DNA of 64,000 nucleotides from Candidatus Kaiserbacteria bacterium RIFCSPHIGHO2_01_FULL_54_36. Lineage in GTDB: Bacteria; Patescibacteriota; Minisyncoccia; Phycocordibacterales; UBA2100. Location of the stretch: positions 10,428 through 74,427 of the forward strand of contig MFKV01000028.1 in the NCBI GenBank assembly GCA_001781105.1, given 5' to 3'. Numbering within the stretch: the stretch's first letter is position 1; every line of letters starts with the position of its first letter. Both the position numbers and the translations under genes were made by a program. Below are positions 46,787-56,044 of the stretch, piece by piece. A model generated the notes under the pieces. It saw nothing but the letters and a program-made list of their open reading frames with translations, searched no databases and was not told where the DNA came from.

Positions 46787-47509
46787 TTACAACTGCGGAT
46801 CGATCGCGCTCTTAAAGCTCGAAACCTCTGCGGCTCCTCCGATCAAGACCTTACCCGTGATAAAGCCAGGAGTGCCGTTGATGCCGAATTTCGTGCCCTC
46901 TTCGCGATCGGCATCGAGTAGCGCTTGATACTGTGCTCTGTTCCCTGCAACATCCGCTTTCACTCGGTCGGCGTCTATGCCACTGATACCGCGCATGAGC
47001 GTAACTATGGTCGCCTCGTTGCCAAAGCCTGCGTGCTCTTCGTCTTGTGCCTTGTACATCGCTTCGCGCCACTCCCAATACTTTTGTGGATACAGTGCCC
47101 AGACAGCGCGGCCGTAGAGAGCCGCCGTAGTAGAGTCCTCGCTCAAAAATGGGTAATCCTTGAATACGATCTTAAGCTTGCCTGTGTCAACGTAGTCTTT
47201 GATCAATATAGGAAGCGCCGGCTCGATCGGGATCTGCGCATGCCCCATCTCGACTGCTTTGCAGTACGGGCACTGATAATCCGACCAATATGCGAGAACG
47301 ACTTTGGCGTTCGCATCACCAATATACGGACTCCCCTCGACACTCACGTCCTTAATATCGACATTTGCCTGAGGCTGACCACCTGGCGCAGGTGCGGCGC
47401 TCTGTGAGGAGAGGCCGAGGTAGAGGCCGCCGGCAATAAGCGCGCCCGCCGCGACGATCGCTACGGGGAGATATAGCTTGCTGGTATCGCGTGCGGATTC
47501 AGTCGGCAT
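46787..47509 (-). CDS. DsbA-family thiol:disulfide oxidoreductase (membrane-anchored)
   Basis: CPYC active site in a thioredoxin fold. Start at MPTESARD. Confidence 0.8.
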   Translation of the reverse strand: MPTESARDTSKLYLPVAIVAAGALIAGGLYLGLSSQSAAPAPGGQPQANVDIKDVSVEGSPYIGDANAKVVLAYWSDYQCPYCKAVEMGHAQIPIEPALPILIKDYVDTGKLKIVFKDYPFLSEDSTTAALYGRAVWALYPQKYWEWREAMYKAQDEEHAGFGNEATIVTLMRGISGIDADRVKADVAGNRAQYQALLDADREEGTKFGINGTPGFITGKVLIGGAAEVSSFKSAIDPQL

Positions 47510-47558
47510 AATCGTTCTATTGTACATGATTCTAGAAAACTGCAACTAGCGAAGCGCC

Positions 47559-48986
47559 CTACTTTTTGACACCCTGCAAGACGCTCCAGATATTCGGGTC
47601 TTGTCCGCCATCAAATTTGAATATAGAGATACCGCGCACGCCAAGGCGCTTTGCAAGATCGATCTTCTGTTGGATCGATTGCGCATCCGGCCAATCGAGC
47701 AGGCGGTACGTTAGATTGGAATTCTGCTGCGTCGCGATCTGGCTTGCAGCGGCAGCGGCAAGATTCCCCGATACGAGCGAGACAGGAGTCGAGGTCGGCA
47801 GATCCGAGAAGTACGTGAAGTACATCTCGCCCGCAGAGTTGCGCACCGGCGTGATGCCCCGCACTTCAGCGATCGGGAGCGCGTATCCGGGATTGAAGGG
47901 CCAGAGAATGGTGTACACATGCTCGTTGTTGGCGTAGGTAGTAACGGAGTATTCGTATCCGTATGTCGGCACCCCGATCAATATCTTGCTCTTATCAATA
48001 TCTTTTGACATGAGATTCACTACCTTTTCTACCCAACGCGGGTCAGCAACTGGCGCGTGAAGTTCCCCGGTCGCTTCGACCTCGGCTTTGAGCTTCCTAT
48101 CTATTCCCTGCTGATCATACGCCATGATACGCACGCGATCGCAGTACTTGTTGATCTCGGGGAGATCATTGGAGAAGATGCCAGCGTCTTGTGGGACGGA
48201 AGTACCGTAGTATCGGTCCTCGTTGGGTATGCGCGATTCGATGGTACACATGAGCAGCTTGGTACCGAGGCGCTGCTTGAGTTCCTTGAGGAACAGCGAG
48301 AAATAATCTTTTGTCTTGGCGTGCTTGAACTCGAAATCGATGTCGATGCCGTCGTAACCCTTCTCGTTTACGAGCGTGGAAATTTGGTCTATGAGCGTGG
48401 TCCGTAGTATCTGGTCGCTGAGGACATTGTGCATCACCTCGCGATCCCCCGACATAAGGGTCGGTATCACGCGAACGCCTTTTGCCTTTGCCTGTGCGTT
48501 GAAGCTAAGCCAGATGGCTGCATCCGTTGTCGAACCATTGAAGAGAAGTGTTGCGTCTCCTCGCAGCGTGTAGATGAACGGATTGACCTCTGTGAGCAAG
48601 TCGAGATGCGGCAAAGTATCTGCTGTGCCGGTCGCGACGCGCCAGTACGGGATCCATCCGGTTACTTCAAAGCTCTCGGCTGCCGGGTTGCAAGTGAGGA
48701 TTGCGATCTTTGCGCGCGTAATGGGCCCGACAGTCCCGACCGCTGAAATTCCATTGGCGCGTTGGAAATTGCGGACCGCTGTACGTGTGGCAGGTCCAAA
48801 GCGAGGAACCGACGCCGCCGTGAAGTAGCCCTGCGCCCTCAAAAAGGTTTGGAGTTTGGTGACTTCGCTCCCTGTTGCGCCAAATGAGAGGTTACGAGTG
48901 AACGTGACACAGCTCGATGTTTGCGCAAATGAAAGAGTCGGCACGAGGAACGCCGCTGTAACCAGCAAAAGTCGGACATATTTCAT
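47559..48986 (-). CDS. Secreted glycoside hydrolase family 18 (chitinase-like) with N-terminal peptidoglycan-binding domain
   Basis: Signal peptide. PG_binding_1-like LSFGATGSEVTKLQTFLRAQGY. GH18 DGIDIDFE catalytic motif. Confidence 0.8.
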   Translation of the reverse strand: MKYVRLLLVTAAFLVPTLSFAQTSSCVTFTRNLSFGATGSEVTKLQTFLRAQGYFTAASVPRFGPATRTAVRNFQRANGISAVGTVGPITRAKIAILTCNPAAESFEVTGWIPYWRVATGTADTLPHLDLLTEVNPFIYTLRGDATLLFNGSTTDAAIWLSFNAQAKAKGVRVIPTLMSGDREVMHNVLSDQILRTTLIDQISTLVNEKGYDGIDIDFEFKHAKTKDYFSLFLKELKQRLGTKLLMCTIESRIPNEDRYYGTSVPQDAGIFSNDLPEINKYCDRVRIMAYDQQGIDRKLKAEVEATGELHAPVADPRWVEKVVNLMSKDIDKSKILIGVPTYGYEYSVTTYANNEHVYTILWPFNPGYALPIAEVRGITPVRNSAGEMYFTYFSDLPTSTPVSLVSGNLAAAAASQIATQQNSNLTYRLLDWPDAQSIQQKIDLAKRLGVRGISIFKFDGGQDPNIWSVLQGVKK

Positions 48987-49203
48987 ACCCAGTCAGTAGA
49001 ATGTGCCTTTGCGGCAGACGCCTGCCGGCTGCCGCGGCTCGGTACACAAGCTCTCGACTAGAGCACTTTGCATGCGTTTATGGTTAGTTTTCATGGGTTG
49101 TTTATGCCTAAGGCACATTTCACTGCTGGGCATACTTCTCAACTTCAGACGCACCAGTATACCTATCACTTACCGGTATGCATAGGTGTGGGCGGGCTTT
49201 GGT

Positions 49204-49569
49204 TCACTGGATCAGGATCGTTGCCGAGAAATTATCGCCGGTAAGGGCGCAGGTGCCGTGAGCTACGCCTTGAAACACAGCAGTGTAGGTAGAATCCGAG
49301 GCGGCAGCATCCTCCATTCGCGCGATCACTCCTTCGGGAATACAACGCAAGCTTCTTGATGGATTGTTGCTCTCCGTCATCACAATGCTGAATTGCACTC
49401 CCTCGTGATATGCGAAGGTCTTTCTTGCATCGGTTTCGTGAAGCACACGCGGGCATGCCCCTATCGCGCACGGGGGCGCCTCGGGGGAAAATCCATACAG
49501 CCCATATACAATTACAATGAACCCCACGAGAAGAAGCCAGGGCACTGCGATATGAAGTGCGGTCCGCAT
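49204..49569 (-). CDS. Hypothetical membrane-anchored protein
   Basis: MRTALHIAVPWLLLVGFIVIVYG anchor. Start trimmed from the track ORF, whose N-terminus runs through repeat element A. Confidence 0.5.
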   Translation of the reverse strand: MRTALHIAVPWLLLVGFIVIVYGLYGFSPEAPPCAIGACPRVLHETDARKTFAYHEGVQFSIVMTESNNPSRSLRCIPEGVIARMEDAAASDSTYTAVFQGVAHGTCALTGDNFSATILIQ

Positions 49570-49572
49570 CTC

Positions 49573-49740
49573 TCGTATTTTACCCCGCAGTGAATGGTGG
49601 CGAAAGTCTTTTCTTGCGCCAGCACATTCATTTGGACCGCAGTGTCGATGACTGGAACGCTGAATTTCCCTAGCAACTGCGCTTTGCGCATCGCCACCAT
49701 CTACTGACGGGGTTTTACCACCCCGCATCAAACGTCTCAC
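49573..49740. repeat. Repeat element copy A (about 165 nt, inverted-repeat termini)
   Basis: Shares 33-nt 5' and about 60-nt 3' conserved ends with 55868-56030 (TACCCCGCAGTGAATGGTGGCGA...TCGCCACCATCTACTGACGGGGT). Confidence 0.6.
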
Positions 49741-49795
49741 TACATTCGGTACTTAGGACCAGCTCGCGAACGGATGGCGTTGATGCGGGACAGGT

Positions 49796-50446
49796 TCAAT
49801 ACCAGGTGATTTCTCCATCCCCCGAAAGTGGAATGGTGGGGCCGAGGTATTTGGGCTGTCGGCGCAGTACTACGTCGACGAACGCTTTTGCAGACGCAGG
49901 TATCTCGCGAAAATAATCGCGCATCGAACCGCTCCCGGGCGCAACTATCCCGTAGGCTTCCAATCCGAGCTGCCGCGCGATCCAGAGGGCGCGAGGCAAG
50001 TGAAATTCTTGGGTCACGATAATAAGCGAGCGAGCCTGAAAGACTTCGCGCGCACGATAAAAACTGCTGTAGGTATCAAAACCCGCGTGATCAAGGAAGA
50101 TATCGGGCGCGGGAATGCCTGCATCGAGGAGGTATTTGCGCACTGGGGTTACTTCATCATGCGTCAGTGCACCATTATCACCCGTAACCAATATCTTCGA
50201 CACTTTGGCATCTTTGTAGAGCGCGATCGCCATGTCCGCGCGTCTGGCAAGGACAGGAGATGGAGCCCGGCGTATTACTGATGCACCGAGTACGAGCGCG
50301 GCTTCCGTTTGCGGCACATCTTGGATCGAGGCGTGGACGTACGGCTCTACCGCCAAACGCATGAGGATGGGGATCATCATCGCAAGCGCAAGAAGCGCCA
50401 ACAGTCCTACGATAGCGAGCCAATAGTACCTGCGAACAATGTACAT
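49796..50446 (-). CDS. SanA/YdcF (DUF218) family protein
   Basis: ALVLGASV...KILVTGDNG...VTQEFHLPRA. Confidence 0.8.
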   Translation of the reverse strand: MYIVRRYYWLAIVGLLALLALAMMIPILMRLAVEPYVHASIQDVPQTEAALVLGASVIRRAPSPVLARRADMAIALYKDAKVSKILVTGDNGALTHDEVTPVRKYLLDAGIPAPDIFLDHAGFDTYSSFYRAREVFQARSLIIVTQEFHLPRALWIARQLGLEAYGIVAPGSGSMRDYFREIPASAKAFVDVVLRRQPKYLGPTIPLSGDGEITWY

Positions 50447-50489
50447 GGCTGCATTATGCACCACGCACCTCCTTCTTTCACCAGAAAGG

Positions 50490-52193
50490 TTAGTTGACCT
50501 GGAACATCAGTGTCTGCGAGGTGCCGCTGCTGTTGGTGACGTAGATCGGGTAGGAGCCTCCTGTCACTTGCTGGCTGTACGGCGAACATGCATTGCCTGA
50601 AGATACGACATCGCACGGAGAAACGTATGAAGGGATCGTAAAGTAGAGCGTTGTGTTGTTGGAGCTTGGGATATGCTTCGTGCCTCCGATGCCGAAGTGC
50701 ACGGTGTTGTCGAGCGCGCTGAATCCAGTTCCTTGCAGGATCACTTGCGTACCCACCGCTCCTGTGGTTGGGTTGAGAGAAGAGAGCGTTACCGAACCCG
50801 AACTTGTGCTCCCGACAACAACGGTGATCGTAGAGGTGTTGCTGAGGCCATCGACGCCAGTAACGGTGAAGGTGATCGTATAGGTGCCGCTTTGCGAGTA
50901 GCTGTGAGTGAAGGTAAGCGTCTGATTCCCCTGTGCGTACGTGGTCTGATTAGCCGAGAGCTGCGCACCGGAAATATATTGATCGCCCCAATTAACCGAT
51001 GTCGTTGTGTACGAATTCGTTTGATTGTTGTTGATCTGGATCGTCCAGGTACCCTGCGTGTTCAGCGCCAACGAAGTTGGGCCGTTCACGCTTGTAATGG
51101 TCGGTGCTCCAGATGAATTGGATGACGTAACGTTGAACGTGAGCGCGTTACTCGTCTGTCCCGAGAAGTTCGATACGGATACATTGTATGTGCCCTGAGT
51201 GACGAATTGCGATGTGCCACCGAGCTGCGAAGGGATCACGAATGAGAGCGTGTTGCCATTCGGAGAATTCACTCCTGTGATAACGCCGGCGCCAAAGCGT
51301 ACGGTATTGCCCGTGGTGCTGAACCCGTTGCCGGTCACAGTAACGGTAGTGCCTACGCTACCAGAGCTTGGGGAGAGGTATTGGATGTTGACTGAGCCGT
51401 AGCAGTTCGTGTACGGGTACTGGCAGATATTTCCTGTGATGTTGAAGGTGAGCGTGTTGCTTGTGCCACGTGTGTTCGTGACGTAGACGTTGACTGCGTT
51501 TTGGGACACTGTGCTAGGGACGGTGACGGTGAGCGATGTCCCGTTGTACGACGAGACATTCGCGATCGGCATGGTGCCGAAGTAGACGGTATTGTTGGCG
51601 TAATCGAAATTGGATCCATAGATCGTGACGCTGCTCCCCGGCTGGCCTGATGTGACCGAGAGCGAGGTAAGCGTGACGTTCTGGTAGTTGTTGAATGGTG
51701 GGCAAATGTACGGGTAGGTGTAGTAGCAAGTCGTGTTATTCGGCGGCGTGGTAGGTGGATAGGTGTATGTGGGAGGCGTCGGGTAGGGATACGGATTATA
51801 GCCAGTACCGCCACAGCTCACACGCGCGATCGCCGCACGTGTCATAGGACCAACGATCCCGACTGGCGAGAGCCCTTGCTCCATCTGGAAATTCCGCACA
51901 GCGGCCTGTGTCGCCCGTCCGAAGTAACCGGTGATCATCCAGCTGCCACCTCCCGGATAATTGCGGCTTACAAGAAATGTCTGGAGCTTCCGCACCTCGG
52001 TGCCGCGGGAGCCGAACGAAAGATTCCACATCAAATTGATGCAGCCGCCAATGTAGGGTTGCTGATACTGAGTTTGCGTCTGTGTCTGATATGTCGGGGT
52101 GTAGGAGTAGGTAGGATAATAGCTTTGAGCAGCGGCCACATTGGCACTCAGCGCGACGACTGCTACGAGCGAGGAAACGAGTATCTTTTTCAT
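50490..52193 (-). CDS. Secreted cell-surface protein: peptidoglycan-binding domain plus multiple IPT/TIG-like Ig repeats (Ser/Thr/Asn-rich)
   Basis: Signal peptide, LSFGSRGTEVRKLQTFL PG-binding motif, then at least 4 repeats of the ...TVTGNGFS..NTV.FG... type. Confidence 0.7.
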   Translation of the reverse strand: MKKILVSSLVAVVALSANVAAAQSYYPTYSYTPTYQTQTQTQYQQPYIGGCINLMWNLSFGSRGTEVRKLQTFLVSRNYPGGGSWMITGYFGRATQAAVRNFQMEQGLSPVGIVGPMTRAAIARVSCGGTGYNPYPYPTPPTYTYPPTTPPNNTTCYYTYPYICPPFNNYQNVTLTSLSVTSGQPGSSVTIYGSNFDYANNTVYFGTMPIANVSSYNGTSLTVTVPSTVSQNAVNVYVTNTRGTSNTLTFNITGNICQYPYTNCYGSVNIQYLSPSSGSVGTTVTVTGNGFSTTGNTVRFGAGVITGVNSPNGNTLSFVIPSQLGGTSQFVTQGTYNVSVSNFSGQTSNALTFNVTSSNSSGAPTITSVNGPTSLALNTQGTWTIQINNNQTNSYTTTSVNWGDQYISGAQLSANQTTYAQGNQTLTFTHSYSQSGTYTITFTVTGVDGLSNTSTITVVVGSTSSGSVTLSSLNPTTGAVGTQVILQGTGFSALDNTVHFGIGGTKHIPSSNNTTLYFTIPSYVSPCDVVSSGNACSPYSQQVTGGSYPIYVTNSSGTSQTLMFQVN

Positions 52194-52305
52194 ACAGATA
52201 TCTAAAATATGGCTCTCTGTCAGGCTTTTTGCTTGACCTATTACTAATATTGAGTGCTAATACCCAAAATATGCACCCTGGTGGTTTTTTATGCAAGCAG
52301 TTGGA

Positions 52306-53214
52306 TCACCTGTACCGACTCAACTTCAAATGGTCGGTCAAAAAAAGCACGCCGAGGATGAGGGGCACGACAGAGGCAAGTTGCCAAATGTTGGGCGCTT
52401 GATGGAGAATGAGCCACGCAAAGAATAGCGTCGCGAGCGGACCGAAGCTCTGCAGCGCCATAGCTTTGGTGACCGAGATGCGGTGGATCGCCTCGATCCA
52501 GAGCACTTTGGATATACCGAGAATGATGACGCCGTTGATAACAAGGAACAGTGCCGCTTCTTGTATATTGCCCAGTGATGCGTGTTGGCCAAAAACAAAG
52601 GCGAAAAAGAATATGGCAGGGACCGCGAGCATACCCCGCAAGAAAAGGATAGTTTCGCTCGATGCGATGTTGCGCGCTTTCTGCTGGAAAAGATTGCCGA
52701 TCGGTGCCGACACAGTGGCAGCGAGAATGAGGAGGTCTCCAACATTGATGTGCGAGAAGTCCTTCCCCAGAACGATGAGCGCGCCGATGACCATGAGAAG
52801 CGCCCCAATTTTATAGTCCCATGAGATGCGCTCTCCTCGAAATACATTGAAAAATAAAAACGAGGTAAAAACCTCAAATAGCGCAATGATGGCCGCGTTG
52901 CCGGGAAGCGTGTACGTGAGGCCGATGTAATAGAAACCGTAATAGAGAATACTGATGAAAAGTGTCACAAGAGCGACGTATTTCCACAAAAGCGGCTGCG
53001 CGAGTTCTTTCCACTTTTTCCGGTACGCCACGACAGCCCCAAAGAATAGCGCGGCAATAAGAGTGCTCCAGCCTAATGATATGAGGCTTGGCACGGCTGC
53101 GTATGAGAGCACCGTCACTATCGGGAAAAAAGAGCCGATTGCCATTGCAGAGAGCACGGAGAGCTCCCCTTTTTTTCTTTCGGGCAGCGGCATCGGTACA
53201 GTATACACAGGCAA
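52306..53214 (-). CDS. EamA-family (DMT superfamily) transporter
   Basis: 10-TM profile with a duplicated EamA domain. 302 aa. Confidence 0.75.
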   Translation of the reverse strand: MPVYTVPMPLPERKKGELSVLSAMAIGSFFPIVTVLSYAAVPSLISLGWSTLIAALFFGAVVAYRKKWKELAQPLLWKYVALVTLFISILYYGFYYIGLTYTLPGNAAIIALFEVFTSFLFFNVFRGERISWDYKIGALLMVIGALIVLGKDFSHINVGDLLILAATVSAPIGNLFQQKARNIASSETILFLRGMLAVPAIFFFAFVFGQHASLGNIQEAALFLVINGVIILGISKVLWIEAIHRISVTKAMALQSFGPLATLFFAWLILHQAPNIWQLASVVPLILGVLFLTDHLKLSRYR

Positions 53215-53282
53215 CTACAGGCGTGGTTTGGACACTATGTACTTATGAACTTCGGTCGGTGTTTATAAGTACATGGATTTTT

Positions 53283-54578
53283 CTAACGGGAGAAGCGGCG
53301 AGGGCCGCGTGAGGGCGACTGTCTGCGCGGACGACTTCCAAAACTAGACCTGCCTCTCGGAGTGAAGCCTCTCTGTTGTGGTCGGGAAAATCTTCGAGGG
53401 CGATCATCATTATATGTAGAGGTGGGGGTCGCGCGTGCGGGCGGAAGCGCAGGCAAAGTGGAGATAGGGACCGTCTTCCTGATGAGGCGTTCGATGTCGC
53501 GGATGTCGCGCTTCTGATGAGGCTCAGCGAATGAAATAGCGTGGCCTTTAGCGCCTGCACGCGCCGTGCGGCCGATGCGGTGCACGTAATCCGAGCTATC
53601 CATCGGTAAGTCGTAATTGACGACAAGCTCGATGCCTTTGACGTCGATCCCCCGCGAAGCGATGTCGGTGGCTACAAGCACGCGATAGCGGCCATTCTTG
53701 AATCCTTCGAGCGCTTCCTTGCGCTGCGAGAGCGAGCGATTGCCGTGGATCTCGGCTGCGGTGTGACCCATTGCCGCGACCGTCCGCATGACCTTTTTCG
53801 CACCATGCTTGGTGCGAGAAAAGACGAGTGTCGAGCCGGCATAGTCGCTGAGGATCTTTTCCAAAAGCCGTGTTTTTTCTTCCTTGCGCACGACGAAAAA
53901 TTCTTGGCTTACTTTCTCGACGGTGGTACCTGCGGGCGCAACCTCAATGCGCAGGGGCAGCTTCATGTGCGCCGTTGCAAGTTGCATGATATCGGGTGAA
54001 AGCGTCGCGGAGAAAAGCATCGTCTGCCGCTCTTTGGGTGCTGCAGCGATTATCTTTTTCACTTGCGGCCAGAAACCCATATCGAGCATGCGATCGGCCT
54101 CGTCAAGGACGAGGACCTCAACCTTGTCGAGTCGGATCGTTTTTTGTGCAAGGTGGTCCAAAAGGCGGCCGGGTGTCGCGATCACAACGTGCGGATCCCG
54201 CCGAAGTGCGGAGATCTGTGCTCCCATAGAAGCTCCGCCGATAAAAACAGCGCTTCTTATTCCAAGTGGGCGTGCGATCTTTGCAAGCGTCTCATCTACT
54301 TGAAGTGCGAGCTCGCGCGTCGGGACAAGTATTAGCCCGCGACCTCCTGCCCCTGCAAGACGCTGGAGCAGTGGGATGCCGAAGGCCAATGTCTTCCCCG
54401 TGCCCGTTTGGGCGACGCCAACGACGTCTTTGCCGGCAACTCCCGGCGGAATTGCCCGATGCTGAATGGGAGTAGGGACGACAAAATTAAGCTTGCCAAG
54501 TATGTCGAGAATATTCGGTGCGATACCGAGGCCATTGAATGTGGGCTCCAGAGTATGCGGAGCAACGGTAGGCGTCAT
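53283..54578 (-). CDS. DEAD-box ATP-dependent RNA helicase with Arg-rich C-terminal tail
   Basis: AQTGTGKT, DEAD (VLDEADRM), SAT and HRIGRTARAG motifs. Confidence 0.93.
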   Translation of the reverse strand: MTPTVAPHTLEPTFNGLGIAPNILDILGKLNFVVPTPIQHRAIPPGVAGKDVVGVAQTGTGKTLAFGIPLLQRLAGAGGRGLILVPTRELALQVDETLAKIARPLGIRSAVFIGGASMGAQISALRRDPHVVIATPGRLLDHLAQKTIRLDKVEVLVLDEADRMLDMGFWPQVKKIIAAAPKERQTMLFSATLSPDIMQLATAHMKLPLRIEVAPAGTTVEKVSQEFFVVRKEEKTRLLEKILSDYAGSTLVFSRTKHGAKKVMRTVAAMGHTAAEIHGNRSLSQRKEALEGFKNGRYRVLVATDIASRGIDVKGIELVVNYDLPMDSSDYVHRIGRTARAGAKGHAISFAEPHQKRDIRDIERLIRKTVPISTLPALPPARATPTSTYNDDRPRRFSRPQQRGFTPRGRSSFGSRPRRQSPSRGPRRFSR

Positions 54579-54647
54579 TGAAGTAAAGCTCGAGAGAGCA
54601 ATACTTCGAGAGTACCACGAGAATTGATTGAGCGCAACTTTTTGGGG

Positions 54648-54986
54648 CTATGCCGTGTGCACTGTTTCTGTCTTTTCGATGACCGTCGTATGCGGCGCAT
54701 GCGCCGTCGTATCGGCAAGCGCACGGCGCGTGCTCGCAAGCTCATCTTCCAGCTGTTTCTTTTGCTTCTTTATAGATGAGAGATAAAAGTCGCCGCGAAT
54801 GAGGCTCGGCAAAAGTACGAGCAGTGTCATGACGATACCGAGAATAATGGTAAAAAGCAGCACGAGCGCGAGAGAGCTCGTAAGTTGCCAATCGAAGAAC
54901 GCGACGGTAACCGTGCCAATATTTTGGAGCACGAAGATCATCGAAAGCGCTCCGAGGACAACGCCGAGTATAAGTGAAAATATCAT
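54648..54986 (-). CDS. LapA/DUF1049-family small membrane protein
   Basis: Two TM helices (FVLQNIGTVTVAFFDWQ) plus a coiled-coil tail. Confidence 0.6.
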   Translation of the reverse strand: MIFSLILGVVLGALSMIFVLQNIGTVTVAFFDWQLTSSLALVLLFTIILGIVMTLLVLLPSLIRGDFYLSSIKKQKKQLEDELASTRRALADTTAHAPHTTVIEKTETVHTA

Positions 54987-55211
54987 AGCGATAGTAAGAG
55001 GCTGCTAATGGGTATATTCATGAAGACGTATTGTATTCTAACACCTTACGTTGACACTTCGGTGCCTCTGTATCGAACAAAATGACTGCTGCGAGACAAG
55101 GACCCTTGGGAAACCCACGGTTTTCCCATTCCTTCCTCCACGGGAAAACAGGTGTTTTCCCGACCCCTTTCCTAATCCAAGCCCTTCGCAAAATGCGTGA
55201 CACTTATTTTG

Positions 55212-55282
55212 CTGCGGGACTTGGATTCGAACCAAGATACACTGCTCCAGAGGCAGTAGTCCTACCATTAGACGATCCCGCA
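55212..55282 (-). tRNA. tRNA-Gln (anticodon CTG)
   Basis: Reverse complement is TGCGGGATCGTCTAATGGTAGGACTACTGCCTCTGGAGCAGTGTATCTTGGTTCGAATCCAAGTCCCGCAG. It has a 7-bp acceptor stem, anticodon loop CTCTGGA, and a T-arm CTTGG-TTCGAAT-CCAAG. Confidence 0.88.
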
Positions 55283-55337
55283 ATGATCGAACGCGGGTTA
55301 ACAATACCCGAAAAAGAAGCCTTCTTCAATTACGATT

Positions 55338-55817
55338 TTATTTGGTACCGCCTCCAGCATTGGCATCAACAGATGCATTCGCAGAATCAGCGATGCTTGA
55401 AGCGTTTGAGCCGCATGCTTTGAGTGCGGTCTTGAAGCCCGACCATGCACTTTGCTGTGTTTTCTGCCAACTCTTGTGCGCGAGCCGCATCGCGCCGTTG
55501 AAGCTATTCCATGCGCTCTTTACTGCCTTCCTGATAGCATCGTTCCCTGTCTGAGTGTAGGCGGAAGCAAGCGCGGAAGCGCGAGTGGTATATGCTGCGG
55601 TAACGTCCTGCATGTTGGTCGAGATACCGGCCTGGAGCGAAGCTTCGCGCGCGGCGACAGCCGCTGCAACGCATGCGATGTTCACGCCGGAGGCAGTGGA
55701 TGACGCATGTATCTTTATCTGATTCCTATCCTGTAGCGGCGCTTTGTGGTCTCCGCCACCGAGCCCCCCAAAGATCGCTGCAATGCTTGCGGCCGCTGCT
55801 ACAAATATACTTTCCAT
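55338..55817 (-). CDS. Secreted Ala/Ser-rich hypothetical protein
   Basis: Signal-like N-terminus MESIFVAAAASIAAIFG. 159 aa. Confidence 0.5.
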   Translation of the reverse strand: MESIFVAAAASIAAIFGGLGGGDHKAPLQDRNQIKIHASSTASGVNIACVAAAVAAREASLQAGISTNMQDVTAAYTTRASALASAYTQTGNDAIRKAVKSAWNSFNGAMRLAHKSWQKTQQSAWSGFKTALKACGSNASSIADSANASVDANAGGGTK

Positions 55818-55867
55818 AGTTGTCGAAAATTAAAGTAATGCGTAAGCTCCACTCACGCACTCATTGT

Positions 55868-56030
55868 ACCCCGCAGTGAATGTCGGCGATAGTCTTTTCG
55901 ATATTGAGAGTTGTTTATATCGCACAAGAGACACTAATTTTCAAGATTGAGTTCCCTGGCGACTGCGCTTCGCGCCTCGCTGACATCTACTGTCGGGGTG
56001 TACTGCCCGCGCAGCTGCGTGGGCGCTCTC
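55868..56030. repeat. Repeat element copy B
   Basis: TACCCCGCAGTGAATGTCGGCGA...TCGCTGACATCTACTGTCGGGGT. Same architecture as copy A, with compensatory changes in the terminal stem. Confidence 0.6.
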
Positions 56031-56044
56031 GTGTGTATATCCCT

